Assembly: GCF_030384885.1 (NCBI RefSeq)
Contig: NZ_CP128613.1
Length of the DNA: 64,000 nt
Reading direction: 5' to 3' (one strand)
From: Escherichia coli
GTDB lineage: Bacteria; Pseudomonadota; Gammaproteobacteria; Enterobacterales; Enterobacteriaceae
The position numbers and the translations under genes are program-made. Numbering within the stretch: the first letter of the stretch is position 1; each line of letters opens with the position of its first letter. A model generated the notes under the pieces. The model saw only the letters and a list, made by a program, of their open reading frames with translations. It did no database searches and was not told where the DNA came from. This document shows, piece by piece, positions 1 through 8,072 of the stretch.

Positions 1-1979
1 ATATCATCCAGAACAGCGGTGCCGCTCTCCAGACGAGCACGGCTAACGGTATTGAAATCAGCGGTACTCACCAGTACGGCACCTTTTCCATTGCCGGAAA
101 TTTAGCGACCAATGCGTTGCTGGAAAATGGCGGTAATTTATTGGTATTAGCAGGTACCGAAGCTCGCGATTCCACGGTTGGCAACGGTGGGGCAATGCAA
201 AACCTGGGTCAGGACTTCGCCACAAAGGTTAATTCCGGTGGGCAATATACCCTTGGTCGGTCAAAAGATGAGTTTCAGGCTCTGGCCCGGGCAGAAGATC
301 TACAGGTCGCTGGCGGGACGGCAATCGTCTACGCAGGTACGCTGGCGGATGCATCGGTCAGTGGCGCGACAGGAAGCCTGTCGTTAATGACGCCACGGGA
401 TAATGTTACGCCAGTTAAACTTGAAGGGGTGGTCCGGATTACCGATAGCGCGACATTAACTATCGGAAATGGCGTCGATACGACGCTTGCCGACCTGACG
501 GCTGCCAGCCGGGGCAGTGTCTGGCTTAACAGCAATAATTCCTGTGCAGGCACCAGCAACTGCGAATATAGAGTAAACAGTTTGCTCCTCAACGACGGTG
601 ATGTTTATTTATCAGCACAAACAGCAGCGCCTGCCACAACTAACGGTATCTACAATACGCTGACCACCAGTGAACTTTCCGGCAGCGGTAATTTCTACCT
701 GCATACCAACGTTGCAGGCTCCCGGGGCGATCAACTGGTCGTCAACAACAACGCCACTGGCAATTTTAAAATCTTTGTTCAGGATACCGGCGTCAGCCCT
801 CAGTCTGACGACGCGATGACGCTGGTGAAAACAGGGGGAGGGGATGCTTCGTTTACGCTGGGTAATACCGGCGGTTTCGTTGATCTTGGGACCTATGAGT
901 ATGTCCTGAAAAGCGACGGCAACAGCAACTGGAACCTGACCAATGATGTCAAACCCAACCCGGATCCCAACCCAAATCCGAAACCGGATCCAAAACCAGA
1001 CCCAAAACCGGATCCGAAACCAGACCCGACTCCCGATCCAACGCCGACACCCGTCCCGGAGAAACGCATCACGCCTTCTACGGCAGCCGTACTCAATATG
1101 GCAGCAACATTACCGTTGGTCTTTGATGCTGAGCTAAACAGTATTCGCGAGCGGTTGAACATAATGAAAGCGAGTCCACACAACAATAATGTCTGGGGGA
1201 CGACGTATAACACCCGTAATAATGTCACCACCGATGCGGGTGCCGGGTTTGAGCAGACGCTGACCGGAATGACGGTGGGGATCGATAGCCGTAATGATAT
1301 TCCTGAGGGGATTGCGACGCTGGGCGCTTTTATGGGTTATTCCCATTCACATATCGGTTTTGATCGTGGAGGACATGGCAGTGTGGGCAGTTATTCTCTG
1401 GGGGGCTATGTCAGCTGGGAACATGAAAGTGGTTTCTATCTGGACGGTATCGTGAAGCTGAACCGCTTTGAAAGTAACGTAGCCGGTAAAATGAGCAGCG
1501 GTGGAGCCGCCAACGGCAGTTATCGCAGCAACGGGCTGGGTGGTCATCTTGAAACCGGGATGCGATTTACCGATGGTAACTGGAACCTGACGCCGTATGC
1601 ATCGTTAACGGGGTTCACCGCTGATAACCCCGAATATCATTTATCCAATGGTATGGAATCGAAATCAGTCGATACCCGCAGTATATATCGTGAACTGGGC
1701 GCAACGCTGAGTTACAACATGCGTCTGGGGAACGGCATGGAAGTTGAGCCGTGGCTGAAGGCGGCTGTGCGCAAAGAATTTGTCGATGATAACCGGGTGA
1801 AAGTGAATAATGACGGTAATTTTGTCAATGATTTGTCGGGCAGACGTGGAATATACCAGGCAGGTATTAAAGCCTCATTCAGCAGTTCGTTAAGCGGGCA
1901 TCTCGGGGTAGGGTATAGCAATGGTGCTGGTTTGGAATCCCCGTGGAACGCGGTGGCTGGTGTGAACTGGTCGTTCTGA
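1..1979 (+). CDS. AIDA-I/Ag43-type autotransporter adhesin, C-terminal part (5' end lies outside the window)
   Basis: Frame is open from position 3 with no upstream stop; Gly/Thr/Asn-rich passenger repeats, a Pro-rich linker (PNPNPKPDPKPDPKPDPTPDP), and a C-terminal beta-barrel domain ending in NWSF (aromatic terminal residue typical of autotransporters). Confidence 0.8.
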   Translation, partial: IIQNSGAALQTSTANGIEISGTHQYGTFSIAGNLATNALLENGGNLLVLAGTEARDSTVGNGGAMQNLGQDFATKVNSGGQYTLGRSKDEFQALARAEDLQVAGGTAIVYAGTLADASVSGATGSLSLMTPRDNVTPVKLEGVVRITDSATLTIGNGVDTTLADLTAASRGSVWLNSNNSCAGTSNCEYRVNSLLLNDGDVYLSAQTAAPATTNGIYNTLTTSELSGSGNFYLHTNVAGSRGDQLVVNNNATGNFKIFVQDTGVSPQSDDAMTLVKTGGGDASFTLGNTGGFVDLGTYEYVLKSDGNSNWNLTNDVKPNPDPNPNPKPDPKPDPKPDPKPDPTPDPTPTPVPEKRITPSTAAVLNMAATLPLVFDAELNSIRERLNIMKASPHNNNVWGTTYNTRNNVTTDAGAGFEQTLTGMTVGIDSRNDIPEGIATLGAFMGYSHSHIGFDRGGHGSVGSYSLGGYVSWEHESGFYLDGIVKLNRFESNVAGKMSSGGAANGSYRSNGLGGHLETGMRFTDGNWNLTPYASLTGFTADNPEYHLSNGMESKSVDTRSIYRELGATLSYNMRLGNGMEVEPWLKAAVRKEFVDDNRVKVNNDGNFVNDLSGRRGIYQAGIKASFSSSLSGHLGVGYSNGAGLESPWNAVAGVNWSF

Positions 1980-1991
1980 CCATCAACGAAA

Positions 1992-2016
1992 AAGCCCACA
2001 TCTGTGGGCTTTCATA
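1992..2016 (+). terminator. Rho-independent terminator downstream of autotransporter gene
   Basis: Hairpin gcccaca-tct-gtgggc followed by a short T-rich tract. Confidence 0.45.
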
Positions 2017-2139
2017 TCACCAGGAGCCGCGGCTCCTTTGCGTATCCTTTTATGTCTCCTCACCGTCTGGTCGGTGTCTTGCTGAGACTTCTAACTTCCT
2101 GTTTTTGTTGGTGTTGTCCTTACACCGTCCAATCATGAT

Positions 2140-2183
2140 TGGTGGGCTGGCGGGAGTTGAACCCGCGTCCGAAATTCCTACAT
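2140..2183. repeat. Direct repeat of the ssrA 3' end (att site of the ssrA-integrated island)
   Basis: tggtgggctggcgggagttgaacccgcgtccgaaattcctacat matches the terminal 44 nt of ssrA at 16498-16541 with one mismatch. Confidence 0.85.
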
Positions 2184-2310
2184 ACTAATAATATATCTTT
2201 AAAATCAAAATATTCTATTATTTATCAATGTATTATGTTTATGTGGTGTTAAGGGGTTTATATGGGTTTTAGTTCTCTGCCGCCAAAATGCCGCCAAAAA
2301 AATTGAATGG

Positions 2311-2336
2311 TAAAACGCCAGTTCGTTGAACTGGCG
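2311..2336 (-). terminator. Rho-independent terminator of the dcd-like/thyX-like operon
   Basis: Perfect 9-bp stem cgccagttc/gaactggcg with 3-nt loop, followed on the minus strand by a T run; lies just 3' of the thyX-like stop. Confidence 0.6.
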
Positions 2337-2346
2337 AGATCTTGTC

Positions 2347-3114
2347 TTATTGTTTTATTATCTTAACGTGCGCCGTTCCTCCATTGACTTTTTCGAAATC
2401 TTGGAACAAGGCAGGGGCATCTTGAGTTACAATATCGTAAAGTTTTTCTGAAACTGTTCTCATTTCATAGTCACCCTGTATTGCTCCTCTCATTTCGAAG
2501 AAGTGTCGAATTGCGCGAGCATTTGCTGTGACGATTATTTTTGTCTCGGTTGCATTAGGCAATATAGAGCGAGAAGCGCTTCTTAAGGCCCGCATTTTTT
2601 CTTTTTTGTTCTCATACGATTGGTTTTCACGGATTTTTTTCAAGGATTGCTTATAAAAATCCAGACTACTTTCAATATGTTGGCACCATGACTTAAACAA
2701 TTCTGGGTCATTTTTTACTTCTATAGGGGCTACGAATTCAGCATCGGATTCATCATGATACTGTTGGGATAACTGGCTATATGAAAAACCAGCTCTATGC
2801 CGAACTAGCTGGTGTGTAAATGCACGAGATACCCCAGTAATTAAAAAGGTCCAGTTCAAATGTTCTAAGACACTTTCATGCCCTTGAATAATTAAATTGT
2901 TGATATATTGACTTGTAGTCCGTGGAGACTGCTTATCCTCTCCAAAAGACATATAACATAGCCTGCCAGCGGCCTCTACCAGAAGCTCAGCTTCGGTCGC
3001 CTGCCCTTTGCGAACCCATTGCAATGATGATGTGTTTAAAAAATCATCAAAAACATTACTTTCAAATGAAGGGTGTGATATGCATTTTACTGATAAATCA
3101 GAGATTTTTATCAT
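2347..3114 (-). CDS. ThyX-like flavin-dependent thymidylate synthase homolog (divergent)
   Basis: 255 aa. Contains EHLNWTF...HQLVRHRAGFSYSQLSQQY, matching the ThyX signature (RHR followed by a conserved Ser) as recalled from Thermotoga ThyX, plus an N-terminal AAGRLCYMSF block. It has a one-residue insertion after RHR and Gln where the SxRY Arg is expected. Start codon lies 2 nt after the upstream gene's stop; SD gggag. Confidence 0.7.
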   Translation of the reverse strand: MIKISDLSVKCISHPSFESNVFDDFLNTSSLQWVRKGQATEAELLVEAAGRLCYMSFGEDKQSPRTTSQYINNLIIQGHESVLEHLNWTFLITGVSRAFTHQLVRHRAGFSYSQLSQQYHDESDAEFVAPIEVKNDPELFKSWCQHIESSLDFYKQSLKKIRENQSYENKKEKMRALRSASRSILPNATETKIIVTANARAIRHFFEMRGAIQGDYEMRTVSEKLYDIVTQDAPALFQDFEKVNGGTAHVKIIKQ

Positions 3115-3116
3115 TT

Positions 3117-3902
3117 TTACTCCCGTATAGCTTTTGGGGTGCTTACTTTAGCATCAACCTTTGGTTCGTTTGATTTAGCATTTTTTAGTAATTCAACGGT
3201 GCTTTTTAGGCTATTTATTTCATTTTGTTGAACTTTTATTGTTAATTCAAGATCTTTTGTACTACTGACATTACTGGATACTATTTGAAATAAGAAAGGA
3301 ATTGCTAGGGTTATCAACGTTAGCATTAAGGCTGCTATCGCAATTATAAAGCCAGTTTTTTTCGCAATGATTTTATTGATTTCTTTCGGAAGTCGTTTAT
3401 CAAGTCCTGCAAAATCCTTTCCCATTCTAGAAAGTTGATCATCATCCAATTTATTTACGATTTTTCCTTGGTAACCTTTAGTCGGTATTATTGTTTTAAA
3501 TAATAACATTCGGGCTACTGCTGAATTTTGTGTCAATGAGAATGGTTCTTTTGACATATTTACAAGATATATTGAAATTATGCCATTATATCCAGGGTCA
3601 ATATGCCCTGGATTCGTCATGATAATTCCATTTTTTGATAGTGTGTTTCTTGGAAATATTACACCAGCTAAATTTTTTGCAAGTTGGAATTTTTCATTTA
3701 ACTCTAATATTACAGTTTCCCCTGGCATCAGGATATGGTTGTTACGTGTTTTTTTATTGTCTTGACAGTCTGGTATATGTATTGTTTTTACAGAGAGATC
3801 AATGCTTGCAGATTGAACTTTAAATGTTCCATTTAATACCGTTAATGGATCAAAAATGTTGCCTCGCTGAATTTCATCATTGATTTCTATTTCAGACAGC
3901 AT
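3117..3902 (-). CDS. dCTP deaminase/dUTPase-fold protein with C-terminal transmembrane helix and coiled-coil tail
   Basis: 261 aa. N-terminal ~140 aa carry Dcd-family motifs (SIDLSV; LMPGETVILE; GHIDPGYNGIISIYLVN; LTQNSAVARMLLF), comparable to the E. coli Dcd IDPGW-G region. The C-terminal ~110 aa contain a 22-residue hydrophobic segment (GFIIAIAALMLTLITLAIPFLF) followed by a heptad-like polar stretch. Confidence 0.7.
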   Translation of the reverse strand: MLSEIEINDEIQRGNIFDPLTVLNGTFKVQSASIDLSVKTIHIPDCQDNKKTRNNHILMPGETVILELNEKFQLAKNLAGVIFPRNTLSKNGIIMTNPGHIDPGYNGIISIYLVNMSKEPFSLTQNSAVARMLLFKTIIPTKGYQGKIVNKLDDDQLSRMGKDFAGLDKRLPKEINKIIAKKTGFIIAIAALMLTLITLAIPFLFQIVSSNVSSTKDLELTIKVQQNEINSLKSTVELLKNAKSNEPKVDAKVSTPKAIRE

Positions 3903-3928
3903 ATCAAAATCCTATATTTGTAAAGTTA

Positions 3929-4942
3929 TTATAAATTAGCCAGAGGGTTTTTTATTACTGCATCTTCAAGATGCTCTGGGGAAAAATGTGCATAAATCAT
4001 AGTCATTTTTATATCAGAGTGGCCTAAAATATCTCGTAAAACCAAAATATTACCACCATTCATCATAAAATGGCTGGCGAATGTATGGCGCAGAACGTGA
4101 GTGCATTGGCCCTCTGGTAACTCAATGTCAGCTCGCTTTACTGCTCGTTCAAAGGCTTTTCTGCAAGGAGTGAATAACTTCCCTCTGTTCTTAGGGAGTT
4201 CGTCATACAGATCCTGAGATATCGGCACGGTACGGTTTTTCTTGCCCTTAGTCTTGGTATAGGTGATCCGGTATTTCGATAACTGATGGCCCTGCAGATT
4301 TTCGGCTTCACTCCAGCGCGCGCCGGTGGCCAGGCATATTTTTGTAATTAAAAGTAGACTGGGGCTTTGAGAATCAGCACAGGCATCCAGCAGACGTTTA
4401 ATTTCTTCCGGGGTCAGGAACGACAGTTCACCCTCAGCAATTTTAAATGTTGGCAGCCCGGCAAGCGGATTGGGGGCTGACCAGTGGCCCAACTTTTTCA
4501 GTGTGCCAAAAACAGATGATAGGTTGCGCTGTTCAAGGTTTACAGTGCGGGGCTTAACGGGCGACATAAGCGTGCCCTCTTCATTTCGCACTTCACCTTT
4601 TAGCCGCGCTTCTCGGTATTTAGTAAAATCACCGGCTGTCAGCTCTGAGGCGATGGGATCGCCTAGACCATTACAGATAATTCTAAGTTTCGCCATGAGG
4701 CGCTTGGGGTCTGCGAGTGTTTGACCATACAGGGAATACCACTGCTCAATTAATTCTGATAGGTGTCGCCGATCTTCCTTTTCCCCCAGCCATGGCTTTT
4801 TGTTCACTTCTTCCATTGTGAAGCTTTCAAAAGCAATGGCTTCGCCTTTCGTAGCAAATTGCTTACGCACGCGCTTGCCATTGCGTCCATGGGGATAGCA
4901 CTCGCACAACCATTTACCGTTTGGCTGTTTTCTGACAGTCAT
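3929..4942 (-). CDS. int: Phage integrase, tyrosine recombinase (P2/186-type)
   Basis: 337 aa. Catalytic residues in conserved context: ATGARWSE (Arg), HVLRHTF (His-x-x-Arg), MIYAHF (Tyr). Directly downstream of the cI-like gene as in the coliphage 186 lysogeny operon. Confidence 0.85.
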   Translation of the reverse strand: MTVRKQPNGKWLCECYPHGRNGKRVRKQFATKGEAIAFESFTMEEVNKKPWLGEKEDRRHLSELIEQWYSLYGQTLADPKRLMAKLRIICNGLGDPIASELTAGDFTKYREARLKGEVRNEEGTLMSPVKPRTVNLEQRNLSSVFGTLKKLGHWSAPNPLAGLPTFKIAEGELSFLTPEEIKRLLDACADSQSPSLLLITKICLATGARWSEAENLQGHQLSKYRITYTKTKGKKNRTVPISQDLYDELPKNRGKLFTPCRKAFERAVKRADIELPEGQCTHVLRHTFASHFMMNGGNILVLRDILGHSDIKMTMIYAHFSPEHLEDAVIKNPLANL

Positions 4943-4944
4943 GT

Positions 4945-5577
4945 TTAGATACTCTTTATTACTTTGACTGCACGCCCAATAACTTCCACATCATCAGTAG
5001 AGCACTCGAAAGACGCTTCATCTTGATTTACTACAATCTTATTGCCGGGAATCCGCATGATTTTTGCAACAATAATCATTCCATCAATATTGATAAGCCA
5101 GAATCCATTGCTGACCTGTTTAATTGATTTATCGATGAGATAACAATTAGTAGGGGTTTCTAAGAACATCAATTCTTCATAATCTGCAGGTAATATGCTG
5201 TGGTCTAGGAAAATCTCTTCATCAATACTGAGTTGTCCATTCTCCAGGGTTCCTTTAGGAATAGCTGGAGTTATGAGTTTGGATAACGGTTTAATTGCTT
5301 GTTTGTTCTCATTATGAGAACTTTTCTCAGGCTCAGCTCCTCCTTTCATGCTTCCCTGTCCTGTAGCTAACCAAAGCAACGAAACACCGGTTTCTAGTGC
5401 GCACTGAATTATCCAGTCAGCAGGAAAGCTGTCACGTAACACTCTGTTTGCCATAGTGCTTTTTGAGACATTCAGGTGCTCGCTTAATGCCTGCTTAGTT
5501 GTGAATCCATAAGCCTCAAGCAGCCTTTCAATAGCTGCCTTACCTCCCGTATCGGAACCCATTCTGATGTTTAACAT
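4945..5577 (-). CDS. cI: Phage CI-type repressor (186 cI-like)
   Basis: N-terminal HTH region (LEAYGF...CALETGVSLLWLATGQG) resembles the coliphage 186 CI N-terminal domain; divergent from the apl-like gene. Confidence 0.65.
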   Translation of the reverse strand: MLNIRMGSDTGGKAAIERLLEAYGFTTKQALSEHLNVSKSTMANRVLRDSFPADWIIQCALETGVSLLWLATGQGSMKGGAEPEKSSHNENKQAIKPLSKLITPAIPKGTLENGQLSIDEEIFLDHSILPADYEELMFLETPTNCYLIDKSIKQVSNGFWLINIDGMIIVAKIMRIPGNKIVVNQDEASFECSTDDVEVIGRAVKVIKSI

Positions 5578-5698
5578 TGGTGATCTCCATTTGACAATCT
5601 TGAATCAAGATCGTAATGTCTTCATGTCTCTTGATGTGAGAGTTTAAGAGACGGGCTAAAACGAACTAACACGCACACAAAGTAAGAGATACTGCACT

Positions 5699-5941
5699 AT
5701 GAGTACTGATATTTCAATTCGTGTACCAAAAGAGATGGCTACGCCTGCAGAGTTCGCAGAGTGGGAGGGTATTTCCCGCGGCTCTGTTTACCAAAAAATT
5801 CACCATGGTCAACTTGCTAAGTACATGGTCAAGAAAGAAAAAAACAAAGGCCGCGTAAGCCTGCGTTATCTGATGTACAAAACCGATCAGGTCCGTGAAT
5901 CCCTCGGTCATTCCAACTTCCGCGTCATTGTTGGTAAGTAA
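5699..5941 (+). CDS. Apl/Cox-like small DNA-binding protein (excisionase/early repressor)
   Basis: 80-aa basic protein, first gene of the rightward early operon divergent from cI, by synteny with 186 apl / P2 cox. Confidence 0.5.
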   Translation: MSTDISIRVPKEMATPAEFAEWEGISRGSVYQKIHHGQLAKYMVKKEKNKGRVSLRYLMYKTDQVRESLGHSNFRVIVGK

Positions 5942-5973
5942 GTTCAATTATGGGAACTTTCTAAGGGGGCACC

Positions 5974-6483
5974 ATGTTTGATTACAAGATTTCCAAACAT
6001 CCGCATTTCGATGAAGCCTGTAGGGCTTTTGCACTGCGCCACAACCTGGTGCAACTGGCAGAACGTGCAGGCATGAATGTGCAGATTCTGCGGAACAAGC
6101 TGAACCCAGCTCAACCTCATTTATTAACTGCACCAGAAATCTGGTTGCTTACCGATCTGACTGAAGATTCAACGCTGGTAGATGGTTTTCTGGCTCAGAT
6201 TCACTGCCTGCCATGTGTACCGATTAATGAGGTGGCAAAAGAGAAACTGCCACATTACGTCATGAGTGCAACCGCAGAGATCGGGCGTGTCGCGGCAGGT
6301 GCGGTTTCTGGCGATGTAAAAACCAGTGCAGGCCGTCGTGATGCGATCAGCAGCATTAACTCTGTTACACGACTGATGGCGCTGGCTGCTGTTTCATTGC
6401 AGGCCCGTTTACAGGCTAATCCTGCGATGGCGAGTGCGGTTGATACCGTGACTGGCCTCGGTGCTTCATTCGGTTTGCTGTGA
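5974..6483 (+). CDS. cII: CII-like lysogeny establishment regulator (186-type)
   Basis: 169 aa, positioned after the apl-like gene; size and position match 186 CII as recalled. Confidence 0.5.
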   Translation: MFDYKISKHPHFDEACRAFALRHNLVQLAERAGMNVQILRNKLNPAQPHLLTAPEIWLLTDLTEDSTLVDGFLAQIHCLPCVPINEVAKEKLPHYVMSATAEIGRVAAGAVSGDVKTSAGRRDAISSINSVTRLMALAAVSLQARLQANPAMASAVDTVTGLGASFGLL

Positions 6484-6490
6484 GGTGCTT

Positions 6491-6787
6491 ATGCTGATGA
6501 AAGAACCATCATTTGCATCGCTCCTGGTAAAACAAAGTCCGGCAATGCACTACGGTCACGGCTGGATCATGGGTGAGGATGGTAAACGCTGGCATCCGTA
6601 CCGTTCACAAGATGAATTGCTGTCTGAATTGACCACGAGGAAACGGAGAAAGTCCAAATGTATGCGGCAGAAAATAAAGTGGTTTATCACTTTCGTTACA
6701 GAGGGGAGAATTATTCAGTACCTGAAGATGATTTGCTCTGTTGCTATCCGTCGTTGTCGGGCGATGGTAGCTACTTTTTCACGCTAA
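6491..6787 (+). CDS. Hypothetical prophage early protein
   Basis: ORF with SD gaggtg 4 nt upstream of ATG at 6491; overlaps the next ORF out of frame, so one of the two may be spurious. Confidence 0.3.
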   Translation: MLMKEPSFASLLVKQSPAMHYGHGWIMGEDGKRWHPYRSQDELLSELTTRKRRKSKCMRQKIKWFITFVTEGRIIQYLKMICSVAIRRCRAMVATFSR

Positions 6788-6882
6788 AGGATGGAACCTT
6801 TATACGTGGTGAAAAAGTACAAGAAGTGATGCGTATAAAGACATCACCTCTTGAACGTTATCGGCGAAATATTTATCGGTAA
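6658..6882 (+). CDS. Hypothetical prophage early protein
   Basis: 74-aa ORF with SD ggag upstream. Confidence 0.35.
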   Translation: MYAAENKVVYHFRYRGENYSVPEDDLLCCYPSLSGDGSYFFTLKDGTFIRGEKVQEVMRIKTSPLERYRRNIYR

Positions 6883-7121
6883 CGATCTATCAGTGTCTGT
6901 ATCAGATGAGTGAATTCTTGTTGTTTAACCGAACCTAAAGGAAGTTTGTTTAATTCTTCGCGGAGGAGCTCAAAAAATGCTGATTGATTTGCTGAGTCAG
7001 TTCGAAATAAGGAGTGGATCAGACCTGAAACAAGAATTCGTTGAACAGCAACCTCATCGCGAAGACTGGAGATCTCGTTTTCAAGTTGCTCTATACGCTC
7101 TCTTTCAACCGGGTTCAACAT
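6873..7121 (-). CDS. Hypothetical small coiled-coil protein, antisense to the early operon
   Basis: 82-aa ORF with heptad-like ERIEQLENEISSLRDEVAVQR; its orientation is opposite to the surrounding early genes. Confidence 0.3.
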   Translation of the reverse strand: MLNPVERERIEQLENEISSLRDEVAVQRILVSGLIHSLFRTDSANQSAFFELLREELNKLPLGSVKQQEFTHLIQTLIDRYR

Positions 7122-7202
7122 TGATGATTCCTTCTAGCTATCAATATGTTGGTAATGGATCATATCAAAAATTTTTTAGTAGATGTGTTGTGGGATGCAT
7201 AA

Positions 7203-7544
7203 ATGGCTATTGAAGGCACTGCGGCGACTGTTCCATTAAGCCCCGGTGAACGCCTGAATGGACTTAATCACATTGCGGAGTTAAGGGCGAAAGTTTTTGG
7301 CCTGAATATTGAGTCAGAGCTTGAGCGGTTTATTAAAGATATGCGTGATTCACGGGATATTAATAGCGAACAAAATAAACGGGCACTGGCTGCCATATTC
7401 TTTATGGCAAAAATTCCAGCTGAACGTCATAGCATCAGCATTAATGAGCTGACCACTGACGAAAAGCGGGAGTTGATTAAAGCAATGAATCATTTTCGTG
7501 CAGTGGTGAGCTTATTTCCCAGACGGCTAACCATGCCGAATTAA
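7203..7544 (+). CDS. Hypothetical prophage early protein
   Basis: 113-aa ORF in the early operon. Confidence 0.4.
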   Translation: MAIEGTAATVPLSPGERLNGLNHIAELRAKVFGLNIESELERFIKDMRDSRDINSEQNKRALAAIFFMAKIPAERHSISINELTTDEKRELIKAMNHFRAVVSLFPRRLTMPN

Positions 7545-7611
7545 CCAACTAATGAAATTAATGGCGTAAACCCGCCGGGCATCCCTTTATCTAAATTCAG
7601 GAGAATTGATT

Positions 7612-7845
7612 ATGCGTAATATTGAAACCCTCTCGACCAAAACCGGACCGGATGACGCAGGGCTTAATATTTTACTGACAGAGGCTCGTCTGGAAGAACG
7701 CCGGGCAAGGGCTGAAGCAATGGCAGCTCGCCTTGATAGCCTGGCGTGTCATATCACATCCCGCCAGCTAACCCACGTCGAAGCGGCAGAACTGCTTCGT
7801 GTGACTGCTGAAGCAATCCAGAACGAAGCGCAGGAGATCCACTGA
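7612..7845 (+). CDS. Hypothetical prophage early protein
   Basis: ATG at 7612 preceded by SD aggaga; 77 aa. Confidence 0.4.
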   Translation: MRNIETLSTKTGPDDAGLNILLTEARLEERRARAEAMAARLDSLACHITSRQLTHVEAAELLRVTAEAIQNEAQEIH

Positions 7846-8072
7846 TGGCTGATGCAATGGATCTCGTACAGCAGCGCGTTGAAGAAGAACGCCAACGCCA
7901 TATCCGTGCTGCCCGTGCCAAAACGCCGGGCGTGTCCCGCGTGCTTTGCATTGAGTGTGAAGCGCCAATTCCGCCAGCACGCCGCCGTGCCATTCCGGGT
8001 GTGCAGCTTTGCATTACCTGTCAGGAAATCGCAGAGCTGAAAGGCAAACATTACAACGGAGGTGCTGTATGA
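7845..8072 (+). CDS. TraR/DksA-family C4 zinc-finger protein (phage)
   Basis: CIECEAPIPPARRRAIPGVQLCITC: two CxxC pairs with the spacing typical of TraR/DksA zinc fingers, common in P2/186-like early regions. Confidence 0.65.
   Translation: MADAMDLVQQRVEEERQRHIRAARAKTPGVSRVLCIECEAPIPPARRRAIPGVQLCITCQEIAELKGKHYNGGAV

Noticed and set aside
893-1547. Minus-strand ORFs (112, 70 and 66 aa) inside the autotransporter gene
   Set aside because: Antisense to a long, clearly coding plus-strand frame; the repetitive GSGFGSGF translation reflects the complement of the PNP/KPD linker.
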